Shown piece by piece: positions 30,210 through 39,336 of a stretch of 64,000 nucleotides of DNA; the stretch's first letter is position 1; each line of letters starts with the position of its first letter. The stretch is from an uncultured Chloroflexota bacterium. GTDB lineage: Bacteria > Chloroflexota > Dehalococcoidia > UBA2979. Position numbers and translations under genes: made by a program. The notes beneath the pieces are model-generated. The model was not told the DNA's origin. It ran no database searches and saw only the letters and a list, made by a program, of their open reading frames with translations. The stretch covers positions 6,754 to 70,753 of the forward strand of contig CAJXBM010000001.1 of the NCBI GenBank assembly GCA_913051185.1, written 5' to 3'.

Positions 30210-30581
30210 TTATGCCCTTAAAAATCCAGCCGCGTAATCTCTATAATCAGCACCAAAGCCATCAAGAATTTCTTTCAAATCGTCCTTAACATCTCCTAAA
30301 ACAATAAAGCTTTCGATTTCAAATAAGCCCTGAAAAATCTCCAGTAAATGAGAGCTGAGTAAATTATCAATTCTTAATTTCGCACCATCGCTGTCATCAA
30401 AAAATTCGATGAGAGTTGCGTTTTGCTTATCGGGTGAAACGTACCATTCGAATCTCTTTGTTTTTGGCTCATCCAAATCACTGGTATATGGAACCGCTTG
30501 ATTTTTCATAAAATCTAAACATTTTTCAGGGTCCGTAATCTTTAACTCGAAAATAAAAGAAATGTGTTTTACTGCTGACAT
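30210..30581 (-). CDS. ABM (antibiotic biosynthesis monooxygenase)-like ferredoxin-fold protein
   Basis: 123 aa. Pattern ISFIFELKI...RFEWYVSPDKQNATLIEFFDDSDGAKL resembles YgiN/ActVA-Orf6-type ABM domains. Confidence 0.45.
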   Translation of the reverse strand: MSAVKHISFIFELKITDPEKCLDFMKNQAVPYTSDLDEPKTKRFEWYVSPDKQNATLIEFFDDSDGAKLRIDNLLSSHLLEIFQGLFEIESFIVLGDVKDDLKEILDGFGADYRDYAAGFLRA

Positions 30582-30654
30582 GATTAGTTCAAACTATTCC
30601 GATTCCATTTTGAACCATAAGTTAACACAATTATTGAATTACTTTGCAGGCACT

Positions 30655-30675
30655 TACCGTAGGCCTGGTTAAGGG
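30655..30675 (+). repeat. direct repeat copy 1: TACCGTAGGCCTGgtTAAGGg
   Basis: 13 nt are identical to 31213-31225, plus a shared TAAGG, flanking the 30807-31220 gene. Confidence 0.6.
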
Positions 30676-30806
30676 ACTGTCAGAATTAATAGAGCTTACA
30701 CAAAACATCTGGGGAAAGCAGTACTATCTGTCGGGAATGGAAAGGACACGGCATGGATTGGGAACAACTAACAATCATTGCTTAGATTGTCACGGGGATC
30801 GCGACG

Positions 30807-31220
30807 TTGGCGGTAGCAGTGTTCTTGGCGAGCCAATTAAGTCAGCAGCACAGAGATTCACAAAAAGACATCGTGATGCGGATTCAAGATCGTGCTGACA
30901 CCTACCGTGTAGAAATGTTTAAAGATCCCAAGCTAGCGACGCTTTGGAATAGGGGACAATCTTCTTATTCGACGCTTTCAGATGAAGAAAAAGAGCAGTT
31001 TGGGTGGCTCTGCTTAGGCCTTACTACTATTTGGATGAATATGTCGGAGTACATAGATGAAGTTGGGATTGAAACTGAAACCATTTTCAAGAACATGCTT
31101 GAGGGTGAGGGAATGCGCGCCAGGCTTGCTGATGAAAAAGGCATGCGACCCGTACTTCCTGCAAAGTTTGTTGCATATTTAGATGAAATCTCTGGGGAAA
31201 TGGGTAGGCCCCTACCGTAG
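30807..31220 (+). CDS. hypothetical protein (137 aa) with hydrophobic N-terminal anchor; start uncertain (TTG)
   Basis: The ORF lies between the two direct repeats. The N-terminus AVAVFLASQL is hydrophobic. No recognised domain. Confidence 0.35.
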   Translation: MAVAVFLASQLSQQHRDSQKDIVMRIQDRADTYRVEMFKDPKLATLWNRGQSSYSTLSDEEKEQFGWLCLGLTTIWMNMSEYIDEVGIETETIFKNMLEGEGMRARLADEKGMRPVLPAKFVAYLDEISGEMGRPLP

Positions 31221-31232
31221 GCCTGAATAAGG
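31213..31232 (+). repeat. direct repeat copy 2: TACCGTAGGCCTGaaTAAGGa, overlapping the stop codon; preceded by hairpin GGGTAGGCCCCTACC (31202-31216)
   Basis: Seen directly in the sequence. Confidence 0.6.
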
Positions 31233-31330
31233 AAGCCTCAGAACAAACACTATTTAGAGTTCATCGGCTTCTTCACGAATTCGTGTGGATTCGTTGCTAC
31301 ATAAGAGGTTTAAGCGAATGGGTAGAGTCT

Positions 31331-32245
31331 TTAAAACTTATAAATTTCATCAATAATCATTGATCCAAAGAGCATTGATAGGTAAATAGTCGAGTACCTC
31401 CAGAGTGTTTGAGTGTGCTCTAGGTGTTCTCCTTGTGAAACTTGGATCGATATATAAATAAACCTGAGTCCAGTGATGATGGCCACAACTATAAATATAA
31501 TTCCCATCGAGGCTACAAAGAAAAAGGCAATGGTCGAAGCTACAGTGAGAAGAGACCAAAGAACGATTTGTCTTTTTGTATATTTGTAACCAACCACATT
31601 TGGTGCCATAGGTATGTCAGCAGTCTGGTAATCGTCATGTAGTCCCAACGCTAGCGCCCAGAAATGTGGGGGTTGCCAGCAGAATACGATTATGAATAAG
31701 GTAATGCCTTCGATTGTGATTTGATTACTGATTGCTGTCCAACCAATGAGTGCAGGCATCGCACCAGCAATGCCCCCAAGCACCGTGTTGTGGACTGTTT
31801 TGCGTTTCAGGATCGGGCTATATATGCCTGCATAGAAGATGTAAGCAAAGATAGACAAGATTGCCGACAAGGGGTTGATAGCAATCCACATCCAGATGCC
31901 ACTTGTTATTCCGAGGATTAGACCAAAAATAACAGCATTTTTTTGCGTTATTGTGCCTCGTGGTAATGGACGATTCCGTGTCCGCTTCATTAAACCGTCG
32001 ATATCACTGTCGATCGCCATATTAATTGAAGAGGCGCCGCCTGCCGATAAGATACCCCCAATCATCGTTGCTACGACTATGGTGGTTCCAGGCCATGCCC
32101 CAGAAGCTAGAAACATAGCTGGTACGGTTGTGATTAGGAGTAATAGCACGATTGAAGGCTTCATCAGAGTTAAGTAATCTCGCAGCACAGAGCCAAGGTT
32201 TCTGGAAGCAGGAGAAACTGTTGCAGGTTGAGTTTTAGAGTTCAT
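31331..32245 (-). CDS. ctaB: protoheme IX farnesyltransferase (heme O synthase), UbiA family
   Basis: 304 aa, multi-TM, with the UbiA Asp-rich motifs (NMAIDSDIDGLMKRTRNRPL). Located at the 3' end of the ccm cluster. Confidence 0.85.
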   Translation of the reverse strand: MNSKTQPATVSPASRNLGSVLRDYLTLMKPSIVLLLLITTVPAMFLASGAWPGTTIVVATMIGGILSAGGASSINMAIDSDIDGLMKRTRNRPLPRGTITQKNAVIFGLILGITSGIWMWIAINPLSAILSIFAYIFYAGIYSPILKRKTVHNTVLGGIAGAMPALIGWTAISNQITIEGITLFIIVFCWQPPHFWALALGLHDDYQTADIPMAPNVVGYKYTKRQIVLWSLLTVASTIAFFFVASMGIIFIVVAIITGLRFIYISIQVSQGEHLEHTQTLWRYSTIYLSMLFGSMIIDEIYKF

Positions 32246-32299
32246 ATTTTAGTGATGCAATCTATTCTCGCTGGAGTCTCTCTTGGGCAGACTTAGGAC

Positions 32300-32449
32300 T
32301 CAAACCTCATCGTGATTTTCAATAATGTTTTCTAGCTCGTCTATTTGACTTTGTAGATTTCGGATTTTCACCTGCAATATCACTAGATAGGTGAACATAC
32401 CAGCCCAAAATACTGCAAACCCAGCAAATAAAAAACCAATCTCTGACAT
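32300..32449 (-). CDS. ccmD: heme exporter protein CcmD (49 aa)
   Basis: Internal ATG at 32449, 4 nt after the ccmC stop. Single TM MSEIGFLFAGFAVFWAGMFTYLVILQVKIRNL, as in CcmD. The track ORF extension overlaps ccmC. Confidence 0.5.
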   Translation of the reverse strand: MSEIGFLFAGFAVFWAGMFTYLVILQVKIRNLQSQIDELENIIENHDEV

Positions 32450-32453
32450 CCGG

Positions 32454-33167
32454 TCAACTCTTTTCGGAAATATTTGTTTTTGCAATGGCTTTAAGTTTAA
32501 GAAGACGTTGGGATAATAGCTCAGTTTCGACTCCAAGCGTAATAAACCAAGCTGCCACCGAGATTACCGCTAAAACTGAGAATAACGTTACTAGTAGCAT
32601 TTCGTCCGGAAGAGCAGGATTTAATTTTGCAATTATTGGCTGGGGATGTAATGTTCGCCACCAACGTACTGACATATGTATAAGAGGAATATCGAGAAAT
32701 CCAATAATCGCATATATCGAACAAAAACGAGCCGATTTGTCACTATCGAGGCTGCTCGATTTTCGAGCTATTAAGTAAGCCGAGAAAATCAAGAACAGTA
32801 TTAGGGTGGTGGTGATTCTAGGATCCCATTGCCAGTAGACTCCCCAGATTGGTTTTCCCCAGAGTGAGCCGGTTATTAAAGTTAACAAAGTAAATATCAG
32901 CCCTACTACCGCAGCTCCTTGTGCAGCAGAGTCCCACTTAAAATCTCGTTTTAGCAGAAACAATATGCAACATACAGCTGTGACTGTAAATGCAAAGTAG
33001 GACGCAAGAGCTGACGGAAGATGGACGTATAGCAGGCGTTGAACATCTCCTTCAATTAACTCAGTTGGTGCAGTCACCAGTGCGAGCGCCGCCATCCCGA
33101 TCATCGCCACCCCAGCCACCGGGGGAAGCACTTTCCAACGTAACGCATAAATATTATTTAGAAACAT
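32454..33167 (-). CDS. ccmC: heme exporter protein CcmC
   Basis: 237 aa with the WWD domain motif WGKPIWGVYWQWDPRITT. Confidence 0.85.
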   Translation of the reverse strand: MFLNNIYALRWKVLPPVAGVAMIGMAALALVTAPTELIEGDVQRLLYVHLPSALASYFAFTVTAVCCILFLLKRDFKWDSAAQGAAVVGLIFTLLTLITGSLWGKPIWGVYWQWDPRITTTLILFLIFSAYLIARKSSSLDSDKSARFCSIYAIIGFLDIPLIHMSVRWWRTLHPQPIIAKLNPALPDEMLLVTLFSVLAVISVAAWFITLGVETELLSQRLLKLKAIAKTNISEKS

Positions 33168-33191
33168 AACTCTACTATCTCAGTGATCACT

Positions 33192-33860
33192 TCAATCGGC
33201 CAGAGGGAACATTAGCGTAGCAATTGCAGTACTCCAAATCGTGAAAAGACTTAGCAAAAGAATCCATGGAGTGGTGCTGGCTTCTTGCTGCAGGCTTGCC
33301 GAGGTGGCTTCGACCGAAGCGATCAACAATGGGACCAAAAGGGGAAGCGCTAAGACAGGAAGCAGAAGCCCTCCGTTGTTCCGATCTAAATTTATAGCAG
33401 AGAGCAGAGTCGATAAAGCTGTGTACCCGATCGTCCCGATGGTCACGATTATCAGCAGCTCAGGAGTAAAGAGGGGCTCCGAGAACAAAATTGTGGCTCC
33501 TAACAATAAACCGAACTCGATTAATAGAAGCATCAATATATTTGCCAGAGTCTTTGCGATATAGATTGTCATTGAATGAATGGGACTGATTTTTAACGCA
33601 TCAAGGATGCCATTTTGGCGATCTTGTTGAAATGATTGACCGGTTGCGAAAATTCCTGAAAACAAGAAAACAGTCCAGATGACCCCCGGCAGGAGGCTAC
33701 TTACTAGACCAGTAGTGAGGTTAAAAGCAAAGGAGTATAGGAGGAGCGCCGTTATCGCAAACATGCAGGCGGTGATCCAATCTGTTTTATCTCGCCACGC
33801 TTGCTTGAGGTTCGCAGTCAGGAGCTTGCCGCCAATTTGTAATTGTGAGGGTAAGTTCAT
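33192..33860 (-). CDS. ccmB: heme exporter permease CcmB
   Basis: Start moved to ATG 33860 (MNLPSQ), which overlaps the ccmA stop as ATGA. 6-TM CcmB-like. Confidence 0.75.
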   Translation of the reverse strand: MNLPSQLQIGGKLLTANLKQAWRDKTDWITACMFAITALLLYSFAFNLTTGLVSSLLPGVIWTVFLFSGIFATGQSFQQDRQNGILDALKISPIHSMTIYIAKTLANILMLLLIEFGLLLGATILFSEPLFTPELLIIVTIGTIGYTALSTLLSAINLDRNNGGLLLPVLALPLLVPLLIASVEATSASLQQEASTTPWILLLSLFTIWSTAIATLMFPLAD

Positions 33861-34537
33861 AGAGCATCCTTGCCTAGACTTGTTTCTATGACCCGCCCGC
33901 CTTCGAGTCGTACAAAGCCCGTAGCCCAAGTATCCACTCGTTCCTCTCGATGTGTCGCAGCTAGCACGGTAATCGGAGTTGCCTCTTCTTCGGCTGCATT
34001 CATGAGTATCAGTTGATCAAGTATCCTCAGCCCGTCTTGGTCTAGCCCAATTTCCGGCTCGTCGAGCAGCAGTACTTTCGGTTTATGGAGGAGAGCTTTT
34101 GCGATCATTAATCGCTGCTTTTGTCCACGTGAGAATGTACCGATCATCTCGTCGCGCAAGTGCCATATTTCTACACTAGTCAACAATCTTTCAATTCGTT
34201 CGTGATTATTCGGCACCTGATATATTTTTGCGAATAATTCAAGATCTTCGATCGGTGAGAAATTTTCATAGACCATGGGTTGATGCCGAATGACGCCAAT
34301 TATATTTTGCAGGGCTGTGGTTTTCTTGGAAACGTCGTGACCAAGAATTTTAGCGGAGCCCTCTGAAGATTGAAGAAGTGTTGAAAGTATAGTCAGGAGA
34401 GTTGTTTTTCCTGAGCCGTTATTCCCGAGTAAAGCAATTCTTGAACCAGGGGTAATTTGAATCGACACCTTGTTTAGTGCCGGCAGACCATCATATCGCC
34501 GAGTTAGGGAATTTGTTTCGATAGCCATATTCTGCAT
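33857..34537 (-). CDS. ccmA: heme exporter ATP-binding protein CcmA
   Basis: 226 aa with Walker A GNNGSGKTT, signature FSRGQKQR and Walker B LLLDEP. Confidence 0.85.
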   Translation of the reverse strand: MQNMAIETNSLTRRYDGLPALNKVSIQITPGSRIALLGNNGSGKTTLLTILSTLLQSSEGSAKILGHDVSKKTTALQNIIGVIRHQPMVYENFSPIEDLELFAKIYQVPNNHERIERLLTSVEIWHLRDEMIGTFSRGQKQRLMIAKALLHKPKVLLLDEPEIGLDQDGLRILDQLILMNAAEEEATPITVLAATHREERVDTWATGFVRLEGGRVIETSLGKDAL

Positions 34538-34543
34538 ATTTTT

Positions 34544-34954
34544 TTAATTCGTTTCACTGCGCAGGCGTTTTATTAGTAGAAATATACCTGTCATGGGGAT
34601 CATTATTGATCCGGCTGTCCAACTCCATAACCAAAGGTTGAATCCTCTTGGGGACAGGCTAGACCGTATTTGTGTTCCATAAGATTCTTCAAAGAAGAGG
34701 AGGATATTGTCAGGGCTGCGTCCGTCAGCCAACTGTGTCCTAATTGAATTCTTAATATCGTTGCATAGGGCTAATGCGCAGGTTGTCAGACCTTCATTAA
34801 CACAAACAGGGCAACGGAGTTGATCCTCAATAGCCAATGCTTGAATTTCAATCGAAGTCTCAGGTGTTTGAGCTGAAACATTTGTGACAGCATTTAATGA
34901 GATACACATCATGAGGGTGAAAAGAAACGTGTGTTTGAACATTTTAGTCTTCAT
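34544..34954 (-). CDS. ccmH: cytochrome c-type biogenesis protein CcmH (CycL)
   Basis: 136 aa with signal peptide, LRCPVC motif and a C-terminal TM segment. Confidence 0.75.
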   Translation of the reverse strand: MKTKMFKHTFLFTLMMCISLNAVTNVSAQTPETSIEIQALAIEDQLRCPVCVNEGLTTCALALCNDIKNSIRTQLADGRSPDNILLFFEESYGTQIRSSLSPRGFNLWLWSWTAGSIMIPMTGIFLLIKRLRSETN

Positions 34955-36936
34955 GAATTTCTCAAGATGCTGCGATCTCTCGCACTAAGACTAACTAGGA
35001 CTCCTGCAATATATAAGCCTGCCCCTATCCATAACCACTGCACTAACGGCTTTATCAGGATTTGTATTTCTGCAACTTGTTTTTCATCCCAGCCCTGCGT
35101 GAATACATAGACATCTCGAATTAAATTACTGTCAATATCGACTATTGCAACTGGTTGATTGGGTGCCGAGTAAAAAAAACGCCTCCCCGGACGAAGTACA
35201 TTTACTGCTTGATTATTCTCTATCAGGGTGAGTTCGGTTCCTGCTTCGATCTCGATTCCATTCTTTTCAGGCTTTTGGCCCCATAACCCCTGATACTCGA
35301 ACAAATAATTTTCGAATGAGAATGACTCTCCGGGTTCGACCGTGAAGCGATTTCTGCTCTCGTAAGCAGTTGAGAAAACAATGCCGATTGCCATGATAGC
35401 CAATCCAATATGAGCGACATCCCCGCCATAGCGGCGGGGATTTTGTTTGAACGGTCGAAGCATCCGACTATAAGGACTCGATTTAATTTCAGTACTTCTA
35501 GTAACTGCCCGGTAAATTTCAAATGAGTGTATGAGTACGCCAAACACGCTCGAAAAGATCGCCAATATGTTGATGAGCCCGCTGGCTCCCAGTAACAACG
35601 CGAATACTGATACTAGTACTGCGAGACTCAGTGGGAATTTTATGTGTGCGATGTAGTTTTGTTTGAGTGTTTTTGTCCAGACCAGTGGAGCAGTGAAGGC
35701 CATAAAAAATAGCAGGATGGCAAGAAGTGGCCCGACTGTGTCTGCGAAGAATAGTGGTCCTACGACTATGCGGGCACCGTTAGCAAGTTCTGATGCGACT
35801 GGGAAAAGGGTTCCTCCGAGAATGACTAGGCCGATCGAGAGTAAGAGGAAATTATTTATTATGAGTCCGGTCTCTCTCGATAAGACCGAATCATAGTTAT
35901 GTCTTACTGGCTTTTCACTGGTTCCAAGTGACAAAAGAATTGCTGGTGCAAGAAGTGATATAGCCAGCAGGCCTAGGAAGTAGGGACCAATGTCAGACTC
36001 CGCGAACGAATGAACAGATGTGATTAAGCCCGATCGTACGTTGAATGTTCCAAAAATTGCCAAAATGAATGGTAAGCAGCCGAGCATTAAATTCCAGTTA
36101 TAGAACAGTCCGAGCCGTTCCTGCAGTGGCTTGCTATGAAGTAGTACTGCTAGAGGTATTAGAGGAAGAATGGCGCAATTCTCTACAGGATCCCAACCCC
36201 AGTAGCCTCCCCAACCGAGCACAGTATATGCCCACCAAGCACCTAGGAAGTTTCCAGCTGAGAGGATGAGCAGGGAAATTAAAGTCCAACGTCTCAGCGA
36301 TTGTGACCATTCAGAGTTGGCAGTTCTTGAAATGATTATTCCAAGACTGATCGCAAACGGGATTGCGGTACTGGCCAACCCCAGCAATAGCATGGGCGGA
36401 TGAATAAGCATTGTGGGATCAACGAGAAGTGGATTTAGCCCTATACCTTCGGTGAAGACCTGGGTCGTCAGTTCGAACGGTGAGCTGAGAAATGTGAGAG
36501 GAAAAAGAAAGGCTAATACCACGAACGCTAGGATAGTAACTGCGTTTAGCCCGCGGTACTGGAAGACTGCTGTCCGAGTGCGACTCAATAACAGTGTTCC
36601 CAGACTTATCGCCAGTGTCCAGATGAGTAGGGAGCCGGCCTGACCTGAGTATAACGATGCAATTTTATACCAAATCTCCATCTGTGTAGACGAATGTTCA
36701 ACGACGTATTTGAGAGCAAATTGATCTGTAGCGAGCGAATAGGCAAGGATGGCGAGTGAAGCAACAAGGCTAATAAAAATCAGTATCACCAGATTTTGTT
36801 GTCGTCTGTAAATGACCCCAAGTTCAATCATGCTCTTGGAAGATATCCCAAGAAGCACACACAGTACGCTACTTGTAACGGACACACCTAAGGTGATGTG
36901 TCCAGCAATTCCTAGAATATTGCCTATTTCTGGCAC
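34951..36936 (-). CDS. ccmF: cytochrome c-type biogenesis protein CcmF (heme lyase)
   Basis: 661 aa, polytopic, with the WWD-like region GWGGYWGWDPVEN. Confidence 0.9.
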   Translation of the reverse strand: MPEIGNILGIAGHITLGVSVTSSVLCVLLGISSKSMIELGVIYRRQQNLVILIFISLVASLAILAYSLATDQFALKYVVEHSSTQMEIWYKIASLYSGQAGSLLIWTLAISLGTLLLSRTRTAVFQYRGLNAVTILAFVVLAFLFPLTFLSSPFELTTQVFTEGIGLNPLLVDPTMLIHPPMLLLGLASTAIPFAISLGIIISRTANSEWSQSLRRWTLISLLILSAGNFLGAWWAYTVLGWGGYWGWDPVENCAILPLIPLAVLLHSKPLQERLGLFYNWNLMLGCLPFILAIFGTFNVRSGLITSVHSFAESDIGPYFLGLLAISLLAPAILLSLGTSEKPVRHNYDSVLSRETGLIINNFLLLSIGLVILGGTLFPVASELANGARIVVGPLFFADTVGPLLAILLFFMAFTAPLVWTKTLKQNYIAHIKFPLSLAVLVSVFALLLGASGLINILAIFSSVFGVLIHSFEIYRAVTRSTEIKSSPYSRMLRPFKQNPRRYGGDVAHIGLAIMAIGIVFSTAYESRNRFTVEPGESFSFENYLFEYQGLWGQKPEKNGIEIEAGTELTLIENNQAVNVLRPGRRFFYSAPNQPVAIVDIDSNLIRDVYVFTQGWDEKQVAEIQILIKPLVQWLWIGAGLYIAGVLVSLSARDRSILRNS

Positions 36937-36998
36937 GCCCGCTCCTAAATTGAGTATCTAAATCGTACCGTTGATTTTCTGATATGGCTTGTGCCGGA

Positions 36999-37442
36999 TC
37001 AATCAGGCTTAACGAAATTTGAAGAAATAGAATCCTCTGGCACTGAGCCCGCAAAAAATTCATTTTCATGTTTAATTATTATTAAATCCGCGGTGATGCC
37101 GTTTGTAATGCCAACACCCTCCACGATTACAAGGGCATAAGGCCCAAATAATGTCGGTATGGTTTGGCCTACAAAATTAACATTTACTAGATCGTTCTCG
37201 TCTCCCATGATTTGAAATGATGAGACGGTGCCGCTTTCTTCGATTATTGATTGATCTACTACTCGGCCTGCAATTCGTATGCGCTGTCCTATTTTCTCTT
37301 CATTCTCTAAATATTCTATGGGTGTTAGGTAATAGCTAAGATTTGAACTCGCTGATCTAACCACTAACACACTGATGGCGGAAGCCGATACGAGTAAGAC
37401 TAATATTAATGTTATTTCCGGCGTTAATTTAATACGTTTCAA
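36999..37442 (-). CDS. ccmE: cytochrome c-type biogenesis heme chaperone CcmE
   Basis: 147 aa with an N-terminal TM anchor and an OB-fold region (IRIAGRVVDQSI...FQIMGDENDLVNVNFVG). Confidence 0.8.
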   Translation of the reverse strand: MKRIKLTPEITLILVLLVSASAISVLVVRSASSNLSYYLTPIEYLENEEKIGQRIRIAGRVVDQSIIEESGTVSSFQIMGDENDLVNVNFVGQTIPTLFGPYALVIVEGVGITNGITADLIIIKHENEFFAGSVPEDSISSNFVKPD

Positions 37443-37452
37443 ATTGTTCTCA

Positions 37453-38022
37453 CTAATTTACTTTGCTATAAACTTCCAGCTCACGTAGCAGGGTGTGTAG
37501 GGTTTGTTCAGACAACTCACCCTCATACCTTTTGAATATGCGCAAGTCTGGCGTTAACAATAGGATAGTTGGCAAACGTGTTATTCCGTAGTCAATATGA
37601 ATTCTGCGCTCCTCGTCGATGAGCACTGGGAATGACACTGGAAATTGGGCGACGAATTTTTTAGCGTCAGAGGTTGGTTCCCAGATGTTAATTCCTATAA
37701 ATTCATAGTTTCTATTTTTATAGGTTGGATATATTCCTTCCATCATGACGGCCTCGCGTTTGCAGGGAGCGCACCAAGAGGCCCGGAAAGATAGGAGCAC
37801 ATGTTGCCCACGCATCGATTCGAGTGAGAGAGTCTTTTGGGAATCAAGTTCTGTTTTTAGTATGAGGCCAGTGAAGGCTGGCGCATCTGCACCTTGTTGT
37901 TCAACTCTGTTTAATGCTGGCGTCGAACTTTTACTTTGTTGCTGAAGTCCAAAGAAAAGCAGAATGATCAGAGCAATTGCAGACAGCGTGAATAACGACG
38001 TAGAAAGTTTTAAACGAGTCAA
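37453..38022 (-). CDS. ccmG: thiol:disulfide interchange protein CcmG/DsbE (TlpA-like thioredoxin)
   Basis: 189 aa with signal anchor and SWCAPCKREA (CxxC in a thioredoxin fold). Confidence 0.8.
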   Translation of the reverse strand: MTRLKLSTSLFTLSAIALIILLFFGLQQQSKSSTPALNRVEQQGADAPAFTGLILKTELDSQKTLSLESMRGQHVLLSFRASWCAPCKREAVMMEGIYPTYKNRNYEFIGINIWEPTSDAKKFVAQFPVSFPVLIDEERRIHIDYGITRLPTILLLTPDLRIFKRYEGELSEQTLHTLLRELEVYSKVN

Positions 38023-38198
38023 AGTTTATCCAAGCCAGCAAGTAGCAATTTATGAAGAAAGCTATGAGTCAATGTTACCTATAATTGGATTTATATTTTG
38101 GTAACCCATTGCGTGAAGGCCTGTTAGACTATCTATCAACGTCATTTAGTGATAAAAAAGTTGCTGCGCGAGTAATTTCTTGGATGAGGGAGGTAACA

Positions 38199-39281
38199 AT
38201 GACAGGTCGTTCGAGGCAAATTGTTTTAGTCGTAGCCTCCGTCGTTGCGGTGGCTTTCGTCTCATGGCTTATTTTTATAGCATTTGACGGTGCGACAATT
38301 GACAAACGAATGAGCACACTCAATCCTCTTTCAGACCAAGCTCAGTCTTATCACGACGTATACGTGCTTGTTTGGTGGCTGTCAGGAGCGGTGTTCGTGG
38401 TCATTATGGCCGCAACCCTCATATTGAGTATTCTTTACCGAGAGCGCCCTGGAGTAGAGCCAAGGCGTGATATCCATGGCAATACACGATTAGAAATTTT
38501 GTGGACGATTATCCCAATTGTGATTGTGCTTATCATGGTCGTCCCTACTTTTGAAGCTGTGCTATCAGTTGAAGGTGATGCCGAGGAGGGTGCTCTGGAG
38601 GTTACCGCGACTGGTCACCAGTGGTGGTTCGAATTTACTTATCATGATTCGGATGGAAATGAACTTTTCAGAACAGCAAATGAGATGCATGTTCCAGTAG
38701 AGAAGGCAGTGAACGTAAGTTTGGTATCAAACGATGTTATCCATGCGTTTTGGGTTCCGGCTTTGTTTGGTAAAAAAGACATGATGCCAGGCCATAACAA
38801 CCGACTATGGTTTAAGAGCAAACCGGGTACGGAAGGTATGCACTACGGCCAATGTGTCGAATATTGCGGTGACTCCCATGCCAATATGCGGTTTAGGATT
38901 TTTGTTGAATCAGCGGCTGACTATGATGCTTGGGTTGCTAATCAAATTGCAAAAGCCAAGTGGTCTGATGATGAGTTAGTCAGTGCTGGTCGTGAGGTTT
39001 TTGTTGCCAAAGCATGTAACTCTTGTCATCAGGTTGAGTACAGCAAATCGGATGCGCCGGACTGGCTTGTTCCGCCAACTGTCGCAGCTATAGGGCCGAA
39101 TCTATCTCATTTAGCTAGTAGAACGACTATCGCGTCAGCCCTGCTTGATAGAGATGAATCTAGTCTTCGAGCTTGGCTAAAGAACCCTCCTGCTATTAAG
39201 CCGGGGTCGCGAATGCCAAACCTTGAACTTACTGATGATGAGATAACTAAGTTAATTGCAATGTTAGATAGTCTTGAATAA
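38199..39281 (+). CDS. ctaC: cytochrome c oxidase subunit II with C-terminal cytochrome c domain (caa3-type)
   Basis: ATG 38199 with GAGGGAGG at 5 nt is preferred over the track start 38085. It has the CuA ligands (HAFWVPALFGKKD...CVEYCGDSHANM) and a C-terminal CNSCHQ heme c motif. Confidence 0.85.
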   Translation: MTGRSRQIVLVVASVVAVAFVSWLIFIAFDGATIDKRMSTLNPLSDQAQSYHDVYVLVWWLSGAVFVVIMAATLILSILYRERPGVEPRRDIHGNTRLEILWTIIPIVIVLIMVVPTFEAVLSVEGDAEEGALEVTATGHQWWFEFTYHDSDGNELFRTANEMHVPVEKAVNVSLVSNDVIHAFWVPALFGKKDMMPGHNNRLWFKSKPGTEGMHYGQCVEYCGDSHANMRFRIFVESAADYDAWVANQIAKAKWSDDELVSAGREVFVAKACNSCHQVEYSKSDAPDWLVPPTVAAIGPNLSHLASRTTIASALLDRDESSLRAWLKNPPAIKPGSRMPNLELTDDEITKLIAMLDSLE

Positions 39282-39336
39282 CGGCATTTGGAGATTTATA
39301 AAAATGCTTGTGCTTTCTGAAGGAGAGGATCGTTAA

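Noticed and set aside
30655-31232. Integron gene cassette with attC sites
   Set aside because: The direct repeats contain a GTTAAGG-like string, but no inverse core (RYYYAAC) partner or the attC imperfect palindrome. No intI is in the window.
15565-38128. Recurrent 7-mer AGGCCTG (15565, 30661, 31221, 38117) as evidence of a larger repeat family
   Set aside because: Four hits of a 7-mer in 64 kb on both strands is about chance expectation. Only the longer 12-13-mer matches are treated as significant.
38085-38198. N-terminal extension of the cytochrome oxidase subunit II ORF (MDLYFGNPLREG...)
   Set aside because: ATG 38199 has a near-consensus GGAGG at 5 nt and begins directly at the signal/TM region. 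The upstream extension has no RBS and lies in the divergent promoter region.
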